A stretch of 32,038 nt of DNA, taken from a virus. The stretch lies in IMG/VR virus record IMGVR_UViG_3300029241_000080, one strand, 5' to 3'. Made by a program: the position numbers and the translations under genes. The notes under the pieces are model-generated. The model was not told the DNA's origin and made no database searches. It worked only from the letters and a program-made list of their open reading frames with translations. Below are positions 17,088-24,627 of the stretch, in pieces. How positions within the stretch are numbered: the stretch's first letter is position 1; each line of letters starts with the position of its first letter.

Positions 17088-17846
17088 CTACTCCTTGCGC
17101 GCTCGGCGCTCCGGCAGCAGATACACTATATAATCATAGCATCCAAACTCGTTTTGCTTGTGGTCCGTGTCCAGTATGTACGCGCCCGGCGGCGCCGTGA
17201 CCGTCACCGACTCGTCCACCATCTCGGACTCCTCGACCGGCTTGCGCAGGTTGCGGCTGGCGTTCCAACCGCGGTCTCCGACCGCGGTTGCCGGCGCGTC
17301 CGGGTTGCGCTCGTGGAGCAGGTACTGCGCCAGCTCCAAAAAATCATCATGCACATACATCTCCGTCTCGCCGATCGGCAGGATCTCGACGTTGTCGCCG
17401 TTTGGCCACAGCGCGCGGATGGTGTCGTAGTCTCCCGCGCCCGTCGCGCTGATGATCAGATGGTGGTGCAGTCTCCGGCTGCCATCGCTTTGCAGCTCCT
17501 GCGTCACGTACACATATCTCAGCTCTTTGCCCGATCTCCGGTACTGCCGGCGCATCCGATCAAAAAATGCGGCGACCTGCTTTTTTGCAGCCTTGCGGTT
17601 TGGCGGCAGATGCGCGTCGTCGTATGTAAGCGTCACATACAGGTCGCGGCGCGAAAAGTTGGCGGCGAGCTGCATCTGCAGTTTTTGATACGCAAAGCGA
17701 TAGTTAAGCTTTTTCCGCGCCGCCGTGGAGCACTTGGCCTTTTCGGCTCGCGCCCTCGGCGTATCCGTCGCCAGCACCTGCGTGTAGCACACAGCCCGCA
17801 CCAGCCGGCCGGCCGTCTGCTTTTTAAGCCTTTTTGTTTTTGCCAT
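17088..17846 (-). CDS. HUH-type rolling-circle replication initiator-like protein
   Basis: 252 aa from ATG 17846, with GGGAGG upstream. It has motif 1 YVTLTYDD and motif 2 LHHHLII (HUH), and downstream Tyr candidates (MYVHDD, LAQYLLHE). The 319-aa track ORF adds a spurious RRKLR repeat, which is the alternative frame of the tandem repeat. Confidence 0.65.
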   Translation of the reverse strand: MAKTKRLKKQTAGRLVRAVCYTQVLATDTPRARAEKAKCSTAARKKLNYRFAYQKLQMQLAANFSRRDLYVTLTYDDAHLPPNRKAAKKQVAAFFDRMRRQYRRSGKELRYVYVTQELQSDGSRRLHHHLIISATGAGDYDTIRALWPNGDNVEILPIGETEMYVHDDFLELAQYLLHERNPDAPATAVGDRGWNASRNLRKPVEESEMVDESVTVTAPPGAYILDTDHKQNEFGCYDYIVYLLPERRARKE

Positions 17847-18693
17847 CCATGCCTCCCAGGGTCGCAATAATCGCTTTTTCGCGCGGCGACAGCCTCCACG
17901 TTTCCGCCGCAGCTTTCTCCGCCGCAGCTTTCTCCGCCGCAGCTTTCTCCGCCGCAGCTTTCTCCGCCGCAGCTTTCTCCGCCGCAGCTTTCTCCGACAG
18001 AAGCAGGCCGCCGCCGAAAATGGCTTTTCCCGCGCGGCGCTGGTCATCGAGTGCTGCGATCAGCACGCAGTCCCCACGCCGCACCCGGAAATCGACGCCG
18101 TACTTGCTGTATCTTTGCAGCATCGCAGCGGTGACGATGTGATCCGGATAAATGTACTTTGGTTTTGTGGCCGTCGTCATCGCTTTGATCTTTTTTACCG
18201 CCTCGGCGATCTTTGCTCCGAGATCCGGCGCGGTCTGCGCCACGATATCACCGCCATAGCTTGTCACAAAGGCCGTCTTAACGTGCGCGCCGTTTTCGTA
18301 AACTATGTCCGCGTCGCAAATGACGTGGTTCATCCGCATCGCCACATTTTTACCAGCAAGTGCCGTAAGACTCGGCGCAAAAAGGAAAAACGCGATGCCG
18401 CGGCTAAGATAAAAATTACAGATTTGTGACAGGATCGAAAACGGAGGATTGTCAAGAACGACACAGCCGTCCGGGTAGTCAAACGCCTCGTAGTCTCCGC
18501 CCGGATAAAACGGGCGGACGATACTGCCCGGATCGATACCATACTGCTCGCACGCCCAGTCGCGGATGGCATCGTAGACAAGCGGCGGCGTGTAGCAGTC
18601 GTCCGTCGTCTTTTTGGGCTCAAACTTTGCGACAAAATCGTCGTACTCTGGGTTGTCGGCAAAAAGCGACGTTTGTAAATTTTGGCTGATGAT
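17824..18693 (-). CDS. N6-adenine DNA methyltransferase (gamma-type order, TPP ... DNPPF) with C-terminal (AAEKA)n repeat
   Basis: Motifs CYTPPLVYDAI and VVLDNPPFS are present. There is no in-frame ATG, GTG or TTG between the upstream stop (18750) and the catalytic motifs. The start is tentatively ATC 18693, 6 nt after AAAAGGA. The upstream part of the 393-aa track ORF is an Arg/Gly-rich off-frame read. Confidence 0.65.
   Translation of the reverse strand: MISQNLQTSLFADNPEYDDFVAKFEPKKTTDDCYTPPLVYDAIRDWACEQYGIDPGSIVRPFYPGGDYEAFDYPDGCVVLDNPPFSILSQICNFYLSRGIAFFLFAPSLTALAGKNVAMRMNHVICDADIVYENGAHVKTAFVTSYGGDIVAQTAPDLGAKIAEAVKKIKAMTTATKPKYIYPDHIVTAAMLQRYSKYGVDFRVRRGDCVLIAALDDQRRAGKAIFGGGLLLSEKAAAEKAAAEKAAAEKAAAEKAAAEKAAAETWRLSPREKAIIATLGGMDGKNKKA
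17904..17993. repeat. Perfect 15-bp tandem repeat x6 (CCGCCGCAGCTTTCT)
   Basis: Six identical head-to-tail copies. They are in frame in the methyltransferase gene and encode (AAEKA)6. Confidence 0.95.
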
Positions 18694-18749
18694 ATCACAT
18701 CCTTTTGATAGTACGCAAAACGGCGGGGCCGCAGCCCCGCCATCCCTTT

Positions 18750-18998
18750 TTACTTGTTTTCGCCCGGCGCGAAAGCGACGCCGACCGAGTGTGCGATCTC
18801 CCAGCGATTGATATGCGCGAGATCCGCGAGCCGCGCCTCCGCCGCCATGCTGCTGGTAAAAGGTCGCTCGCCGAGGACCGGAAGCCACTCGTGCGTGTGC
18901 GGTGATCGCATACAGATCGTCCAGCCGAGCTGGCCATCGACGACCTTGCGGCGCACTGCAAAAAGATAGTCGCGCCGCCGATATGTCACGCTTTGCAT
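18750..18998 (-). CDS. Hypothetical protein
   Basis: 82-aa ORF with GGAGGA 6 nt upstream of ATG 18998 and a balanced composition. It is followed by a GC-rich hairpin at 18721-18740. Confidence 0.55.
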   Translation of the reverse strand: MQSVTYRRRDYLFAVRRKVVDGQLGWTICMRSPHTHEWLPVLGERPFTSSMAAEARLADLAHINRWEIAHSVGVAFAPGENK

Positions 18999-19001
18999 CC
19001 G

Positions 19002-19274
19002 TCATCCTCCTATGATGTCGATCTCGTACTCGTCTCGCAGCACGCGGATCAGGTCCGGTGCTGATACATACCCGTCCCGCACGCTCTCCGACAGCGCCTC
19101 GACTTCGCGCCAGATGCGCTGGAGCTGCTCGGCGTTCATGCCCTCTTTGTCCAGTAGAGCGGTAAAAAAGATCGCCAGCGTCACGCGGCAGGCATCCGCC
19201 GTCGCCGTGTCCTTCGCGCGCTGAACGTCTGCCATCGTCGCCGGTCTCCGGCGCGGGTTAATCCGCTTTGGCAT
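19002..19274 (-). CDS. Hypothetical protein
   Basis: 90 aa from ATG 19274, with AAAGGA 8 nt upstream. The longer track ORF overlaps the preceding small gene. Confidence 0.5.
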   Translation of the reverse strand: MPKRINPRRRPATMADVQRAKDTATADACRVTLAIFFTALLDKEGMNAEQLQRIWREVEALSESVRDGYVSAPDLIRVLRDEYEIDIIGG

Positions 19275-19404
19275 CGTCGTCATCCTTTCGCAACTCGTAG
19301 TATAGCTCCCAAAAGGTGCGGTCCCAGCAGTACAATCGCCAGATGAACAATCCGCAAGCTGCAATCCATCCCACGGCGGCAATAATCACCAGAACGTCAC
19401 TCAT
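19258..19404 (-). CDS. Small membrane protein (single TM)
   Basis: 48 aa from ATG 19404 (MSDVLVIIAAVGWIAACGLFIWRLY...), starting directly after the upstream stop codon. It has an acidic C-terminal tail. Confidence 0.45.
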   Translation of the reverse strand: MSDVLVIIAAVGWIAACGLFIWRLYCWDRTFWELYYELRKDDDDAKAD

Positions 19405-19405
19405 G

Positions 19406-19630
19406 CTATCTCGCCTCGCTTTCGTTATCGCCCATCCTTGCGCCGCAGTTGGGGCAGTAGTTAATGGGAAATACAGACAAGCAAGTATCCTCCTGCCAAA
19501 TCCACATTTCTTTGAATTCCACATCAATTTCCACAGAAATACCATTGCCACGATCCCGTGTAAGAACTTCTTTCCCCGAACATAGAGGGCATCTCCTATG
19601 CGCTGCTTCCCGTTCGATGCATTCAGCCAT
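19406..19630 (-). CDS. Zinc-ribbon protein (CxxC ... CxxC)
   Basis: 74 aa from ATG 19630, with GGAGGAGGG upstream. It contains CPLCSG and CPNCG pairs. Confidence 0.55.
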   Translation of the reverse strand: MAECIEREAAHRRCPLCSGKEVLTRDRGNGISVEIDVEFKEMWIWQEDTCLSVFPINYCPNCGARMGDNESEAR

Positions 19631-19632
19631 TG

Positions 19633-20133
19633 TCAGCCCTCCTCCACATAGCACCAGCTCTGGGGCGGGTGGCGAAGCGGCAAAGCCCCATTGTTGCAGA
19701 TACCGTTGTTGTTGCTGTACATGGCGCAGGATTCGCAGTATAGGTCATTAGGGCAAGCCCGCCGGAACTCCGTCAACTCCAGCGGCTGGTGATAAATGCG
19801 CAGGCCGGAGATGTGCCAGCCGTAACCGACGCCCTTGAGATACCGAACGATCTCTTCCCGCGTCAGGCAGGCTTGCTGCTCCACATCGTCTGGTGCATGG
19901 TTGAGAGGTGCGAGCCCGTAAATGCGGTCGCAGGTAAACTCGCCAATAACACGCCCTCCGAGTCTAAATTCCATGATGCCGTCCTTCTCCACCCAGCCCT
20001 GTGTTTCATAAATGTAGCACTTGAACGGCGTCTCCAGTTTCGGGCGCGTCTTGCGCACCTCAATCGTCTTTTCACCACTGGCAATTTTTTCGCACCACTT
20101 TGGGCGGATGCTGATAAGTACGGCCTTAATCAC
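19633..20133 (-). CDS. ASCH domain protein
   Basis: The N-terminus MIKAVLISIRPKWCEKIASGEKTIEVRK is the characteristic ASCH/PUA-like opening. 166 aa. Confidence 0.8.
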   Translation of the reverse strand: MIKAVLISIRPKWCEKIASGEKTIEVRKTRPKLETPFKCYIYETQGWVEKDGIMEFRLGGRVIGEFTCDRIYGLAPLNHAPDDVEQQACLTREEIVRYLKGVGYGWHISGLRIYHQPLELTEFRRACPNDLYCESCAMYSNNNGICNNGALPLRHPPQSWCYVEEG

Positions 20134-20488
20134 TGGGCATCGCCACCCCGTCCGGCAGCACCATCAAGCGCCCGGCCTTCCCAAGCGCAACCACCTCGCA
20201 CAGCTGTTCGACCGATACGCCAAGCGCAGCAGCCGCGCAGCGGACAATGATGTCCGAGCTCATGGTCCGCTTGTACTCCTCTGGCTCAAACCCGAGATCC
20301 ACGTAGGCCTTGAGCTTAACCACAGCATCCTCCGCCGCCAGCAGCACCGCGCAGCCGTGGACGCCGCAGTTGTGCTCGTGCCCGCAGCCGAGGCAGCTGT
20401 GTTTAAGGTCCCCGGTGTGGATTGCCAGCTCGTGCAGCCGCAGTGACAGGCCGGCCAAATCCCGCGACGCGTGATTATTACTTGCCAT
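20126..20488 (-). CDS. Hypothetical Cys/His-rich protein
   Basis: 120-aa ORF tightly packed with its neighbours. It carries a CLGCGHEHNCGVHGC cluster. Confidence 0.5.
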   Translation of the reverse strand: MASNNHASRDLAGLSLRLHELAIHTGDLKHSCLGCGHEHNCGVHGCAVLLAAEDAVVKLKAYVDLGFEPEEYKRTMSSDIIVRCAAAALGVSVEQLCEVVALGKAGRLMVLPDGVAMPSD

Positions 20489-21023
20489 GGCCGGCCTCCT
20501 GCTCGTCGATTAAAAATTGATGATGTTGCAGAAGCTCAAAGGCAGCCTGCAGCAGTATATCATCACAACAGTCGATGTCGCGCAGCGGACACTTGTCACA
20601 GTTTTCCTTGCTGGCGCCGATGCAAAGCCGTAACGTATCCATGACCTCGTCGCGTGTCATGCCGTTAAAATCCCAGCGCCCGCCGACGACGCCGCGGATT
20701 TTGCCCTCGCGTGTCGTCGCAAGCGTCCACCTGTAATAGCGCGCAGACTTGATGTCATACGTCGGCTTGCCGGTGTACTCCACCAAAAGGTGCTCAATCC
20801 GTGCACCTTTGGAGTCCTCCCAGCCCGGCAAAAACGCGACTGCATCCGCGCTGTCCAGCTGCGCAAAGCTGATGCGCATATAGTCGGCGTTGCTCATGCC
20901 CTCCGGCTGCATGGCCGGGTTGATGGGCGTGTGGCCGGCATCGGCGATGTCCGCCGCGGCGCGGGCAAACTTGGCCTTATAGTACGGGTCTCCGGTGATC
21001 TTACCTGCTATGTAGATTTTCAT
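20478..21023 (-). CDS. DUF4406-like (nucleoside 2-deoxyribosyltransferase-like fold) protein with Cys-rich C-terminal domain
   Basis: 181 aa from ATG 21023, with GGAGGA upstream and an ATGA overlap onto the ParB-like stop. MKIYIAGKITGDP...FLPGWEDSKGARIEH matches the DUF4406 pattern. Confidence 0.7.
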   Translation of the reverse strand: MKIYIAGKITGDPYYKAKFARAAADIADAGHTPINPAMQPEGMSNADYMRISFAQLDSADAVAFLPGWEDSKGARIEHLLVEYTGKPTYDIKSARYYRWTLATTREGKIRGVVGGRWDFNGMTRDEVMDTLRLCIGASKENCDKCPLRDIDCCDDILLQAAFELLQHHQFLIDEQEAGHGK

Positions 21024-22279
21024 GCGTCGTCCTCCTTTTTGTACTCGCGCTGCGGCAGCGCCGTAAAGTGCGGGTTGTCCGTCCGGCAGAGCAGATAGTC
21101 CGTGGTCACGCCGAGGATGTCGGCGGCCGCGACCAGCGCGTCGAGCGACTCGACAGCCACACTCCTGTAAGGCGCCCAATACGTGCCGCCACTCGCAAGC
21201 CCAGCCACAGTGGTGTGCAGCGCCTCGGCGACCGCCTCCTGCTCTCCGTATGCGGCGAGCGCGTGCGTCAGTCTGCCCCAGTAGATGCGGCACTTGCTCT
21301 CGCGCTCCCCGCGGCGCTTGGCAGCCTCGTCGTTCGCGCGCTGCTCGGCCTCGGCCTTATCCTCGCGGAGCTGCAGGTGCCTGTCCTTGGCGACCTTGCA
21401 GTACTTGTCGCACGTAGCGATGTCGTAGCACTCCATGCAGCAGGTGTGCTCGCAGCTGCGCATGTAGTTGCCGGTCGTCTTTTGCAGCGATTTGACCATG
21501 TTGCCGCACGGGACGCCGCATGCATACTTGCACTTGCGGGCGGCGAGACTGTCGCGGTCGCTCAGGATGCGCTCGGCCTCGCCGCAGCGCATGGCGACCA
21601 GACCGTCCTGGCCGTTGCCCTTGACCTTGGCGATCAGTTGCTGGTCGTCCGCGGAGCACTTGGCGATCTCGTAGGCCACGCTCTCGGGCATGCGGCCGTC
21701 GTCATAGTACTGCTTAATCTGCGGGATCAGCTTGGTCTTGATCGTGTCCAGCCGTGCGATCTTGGACGCCGAAATATTGCACGCGCTGGCGACGTAGTCG
21801 CGCATCCGGCCCGGGAACTCGTAGCCATGGGACTTGAGGCCGTACAGCAAATCGCGCACACGGTCGACCTGCTTGGAGGTCTCCGCCGAGGTCAGCACGC
21901 GCGTCGCGCTGTTGGCCTGGATCAGCATCAGCTCCTCCATCAGGTCGTCGCCCGGGTCGCGCACAAAGCACGGCGTCGTCTCAAACGGCTTGGTGTCCTC
22001 GGCGAGATGGTCGTCCAGGATCGTCATCAGCGCGCGGTGGCGCCGGTGGCCGGAGATGATGATGTAGCCCTCGCCGTCGCCGGACGGCCGGACGGTTAGC
22101 GGGTCGAGCAGCCCCTGCATCAGGATGCTGTCGATCAGGTCATCGACCTTGGAGGTGTCGTAAAAATTTTTGTCGTTTGCGAAAATCTTGCGCGTAGGGA
22201 TCATCTGCAGCCTGCGCTCGGCCGGCTTGGCAGCGCCCTCTGGCGGCTTGATGTAGTCCGCGAGGTTAAAATTACTCAT
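21020..22279 (-). CDS. parB: ParB N-terminal domain protein (partition/nuclease-like) with Cys cluster and C-terminal XRE-type helix
   Basis: 419 aa from ATG 22279. It has a ParB-box region (LIDSILMQGLLDPLTVRP...YIIISGHRRHRAL) and nine Cys between aa 250 and 294. The C-terminus LGVTTDYLLCRTDNP is typical of HTH_3 ends. It lies directly downstream of parA. Confidence 0.75.
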   Translation of the reverse strand: MSNFNLADYIKPPEGAAKPAERRLQMIPTRKIFANDKNFYDTSKVDDLIDSILMQGLLDPLTVRPSGDGEGYIIISGHRRHRALMTILDDHLAEDTKPFETTPCFVRDPGDDLMEELMLIQANSATRVLTSAETSKQVDRVRDLLYGLKSHGYEFPGRMRDYVASACNISASKIARLDTIKTKLIPQIKQYYDDGRMPESVAYEIAKCSADDQQLIAKVKGNGQDGLVAMRCGEAERILSDRDSLAARKCKYACGVPCGNMVKSLQKTTGNYMRSCEHTCCMECYDIATCDKYCKVAKDRHLQLREDKAEAEQRANDEAAKRRGERESKCRIYWGRLTHALAAYGEQEAVAEALHTTVAGLASGGTYWAPYRSVAVESLDALVAAADILGVTTDYLLCRTDNPHFTALPQREYKKEDDA

Positions 22280-23042
22280 CGTCTGCCGCCTCCTTGCCCA
22301 GGTACTCGTCCACAAAATCGCGGTAGTCGCGGGCGGCCGCGCACCAGCGGCTGTATGTGCTGATCGGCTGGCGCGCGAAGGTCGCCTCGTCCATCTTGTC
22401 CGTGCGGCGGATCGTGGTCTCAAACACCGGCACATCCATGGCGCGCAGGTACTGCTCGCCCTGCGTCACGACCGGCGCGTTGTGCCACATCGTCACCAAC
22501 ACACCGGCGATCCGGATGCCGCTGCGCACCGTCTGCACGGCGCGGATCTGCGCCGTCAGCTCGTCGATGCCGGAGATGGCAAAGGCGTCGACCTTGGCCG
22601 GGATGATGATGTCGTCGCTGACGGAGATGCCCGCGATCGACACCGCCGTAAAGCCCGGCGGGCAGTCGATGATGACATAGTCATAGTCCGACTCGTCGCG
22701 CATATCGCCGACAAAGTCCGCAAAATTTTGGATCAGCTTGGCGTCCGCGGTCGCCGCCGCGACGTCGAGCTGCAGCAGGTCCATGCTGGCGGGGATGATG
22801 TCCACGCCGTCGACCTGCGTCATCCAGCAGTAGCTGTCCCACGCATCCGGATGCGTAAACACGTCGCAAAGCTTCACCGGCGCATTTTCGCCGCCATAAA
22901 AGCGGGTCGCGTTGGCCTGCGGGTCTGCGTCGATCAGCAGCACGCTCTTGCCGTGCTCCGTCGCCAGGATGCTGGCCATGTTGATGGCGGTAGCGGTCTT
23001 GCCGACACCGCCCTTGAGATTTACAATGCTGATAACTTTCAT
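22272..23042 (-). CDS. parA: ParA-family partition ATPase
   Basis: Deviant Walker A (NLKGGVGKTATAINMA), LLIDADPQANAT and IIDCPPG motifs. 256 aa. Confidence 0.92.
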   Translation of the reverse strand: MKVISIVNLKGGVGKTATAINMASILATEHGKSVLLIDADPQANATRFYGGENAPVKLCDVFTHPDAWDSYCWMTQVDGVDIIPASMDLLQLDVAAATADAKLIQNFADFVGDMRDESDYDYVIIDCPPGFTAVSIAGISVSDDIIIPAKVDAFAISGIDELTAQIRAVQTVRSGIRIAGVLVTMWHNAPVVTQGEQYLRAMDVPVFETTIRRTDKMDEATFARQPISTYSRWCAAARDYRDFVDEYLGKEAADDE

Positions 23043-23323
23043 TTTTTTGCACCTTTCTTCCTGCGCTTTGTCTCGCCCGCCATCCGCGCCTCACGCGGTC
23101 GCCGCGGCGTGATGTTGGCATCCGGATCACCGGCGCGATCCGGGAAGTAGTAGCTCTCGCGGCACTTGCGTCCGCGGGGCATTTCAAACTCGACGGTATA
23201 AAACCGCCGCTGCGGATGGATGTACACCACTGTGCCGGTAAAGGCTTGCCCATCCGACACAAAGCCCGTGCAGCTGACGCCGTAGGACGGCACCATGCCG
23301 GGCAGCTTGTCGCCGATCTTTAT
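23039..23323 (-). CDS. Hypothetical basic-tailed protein upstream of parA
   Basis: The sequence (I/M)KIGDKLPG...GTVVYIHPQRRFYTVEF... ends in a Lys/Arg-rich tail. The first in-frame ATG is at 23296, but a strong SD (GGAGGGAGGAGG) sits 8 nt upstream of ATA 23323, which overlaps the dnaB stop as ATAA. Confidence 0.45.
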   Translation of the reverse strand: MKIGDKLPGMVPSYGVSCTGFVSDGQAFTGTVVYIHPQRRFYTVEFEMPRGRKCRESYYFPDRAGDPDANITPRRPREARMAGETKRRKKGAKK

Positions 23324-24627
23324 GGCAGTTCGCCTCCTCCCTCCGCGGTGCGCGGCCATGCCTGCATCCGCGGCCAGTCGTCCTCGTCGTCGTGGTCGGC
23401 ACGTGTGTCCATTTTGGACACCGCCGGCAGCATACGCAGATGCGCCGCGTCAAAGACCAGCTCGATCGCGCCGCGCTCTCCCTCTTTGTTTTTGACGATC
23501 GACAGCACCCGGTCGCCGCCGGGCTGCGCCGCGAGGATCATGATAGCGTCTGCGTCCTGCTCCAGCTGGCCGGACTCGCGCAGGTCCGACATCGACGGTG
23601 TGCGGCTGCGTGCCGTGCCTTTTTCGGGGCGCGACAGCTGCGACAGCGCGATCACGGCGATGCCGGTCCGCTGCGCCATCGTGTGCAGCGCGAGCGAGAT
23701 GTTGGTCACCTGCTCGACGCGGGTGTTGCCCTTGGCCTGCAGCAGCTGTACGTAGTCGATGACGATCACGTCGTACCGCCGCGCCATGGCGACCGCCTGC
23801 ACATCGGCGACGCCGAAACCGCCAGCGCGGATGACATCAAGGTTGATGTGCTCCGCCGTCCGGATCGCGGTCGTCGCGGAGGCATAGTCCTCGGCGATCA
23901 TCTGATTGCGCTTGATGCGCCCGAAGTTGATGCCCTGCACCTGTGCCACCATGCGGTCGTACAGCTTGGCGTCCGATGTCTCAAGGCTAAAAATCCCGAC
24001 GCGCAGACCGCTGCGCGCCATGTGCATCGCAAACTGCGTCGCCAGCAGCGTCTTGCCGCTGCTCGGCAGGCCGCCGAGGATGATCAGGTCGCCGCGCTCG
24101 GCGTAGAGCCTCTCGTCCAGCTGCCGGATGCCCCAGCGGAGATAGTCCGGCTGATGCCCATCGGCGTGGCGCTGGTAAAACTCGCACAGTCCCTGATGCC
24201 AGCTGACGACGCGCAGCGTCTTGCTGTCGCACAGGCACTCGCTCGCCGTCTCGACGGCCGCGCGCGCCTCGTCCAGCGTCACCGCGTCGAGCATCTTGGA
24301 CGCCGCATCCTTGATGCGCGCAAGCCTTGCCTGATCGCGCATCACGTCGGCATATGCCTCCCAGTGCGCCGCCGTCGGTGTGTCGTCCATGATCTGCACC
24401 AGCATCTGCCGATATGCATCGCCCAGGCGGTGCAGCACCGTGACCACGTCGACCGTCTGACACGCGGACCACTGTGCGCGGATGGCATCGTACACGTGCC
24501 GGTACTCCGGCGTCAAAAAGTCCTCCGCTGAGACGCGCAGCATCACGTCGCCGACGATCTCCGGCGAGATCAGCACGCTGCCGATCACGGCCGCCTGCGC
24601 ATCGATCAGTGTCTGCTTTACGTCCAT
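23320..24627 (-). CDS. dnaB: Replicative DNA helicase DnaB
   Basis: 435 aa from ATG 24627. It has a DnaB N-terminal domain, Walker A (GGLPSSGKTLLATQFA), Walker B (VIVIDYVQLL), SQLSRPEK and the RESGQLEQDAD motif. Confidence 0.93.
   Translation of the reverse strand: MDVKQTLIDAQAAVIGSVLISPEIVGDVMLRVSAEDFLTPEYRHVYDAIRAQWSACQTVDVVTVLHRLGDAYRQMLVQIMDDTPTAAHWEAYADVMRDQARLARIKDAASKMLDAVTLDEARAAVETASECLCDSKTLRVVSWHQGLCEFYQRHADGHQPDYLRWGIRQLDERLYAERGDLIILGGLPSSGKTLLATQFAMHMARSGLRVGIFSLETSDAKLYDRMVAQVQGINFGRIKRNQMIAEDYASATTAIRTAEHINLDVIRAGGFGVADVQAVAMARRYDVIVIDYVQLLQAKGNTRVEQVTNISLALHTMAQRTGIAVIALSQLSRPEKGTARSRTPSMSDLRESGQLEQDADAIMILAAQPGGDRVLSIVKNKEGERGAIELVFDAAHLRMLPAVSKMDTRADHDDEDDWPRMQAWPRTAEGGGELP
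23405..23421. repeat. 17-bp palindrome GTGTCCA-TTT-TGGACAC, copy d (3' end of dnaB, upstream of the par operon)
   Basis: Exact match. It encodes V-S-K-M-D-T in the DnaB C-terminal tail. Confidence 0.95.

Noticed and set aside
17904-17993. Tandem repeat considered as a possible CRISPR array
   Set aside because: The units are contiguous 15-mers with no spacers, they lie inside a coding region, and no cas genes are present.
17847-18047. N-terminal extension of the Rep-like ORF with (RRKLR)n repeats
   Set aside because: This is the alternative reading frame of the 15-bp tandem repeat. The repeat is in frame with the methyltransferase C-terminus (AAEKA repeats). A good SD plus ATG for the Rep-like gene lies downstream at 17846.
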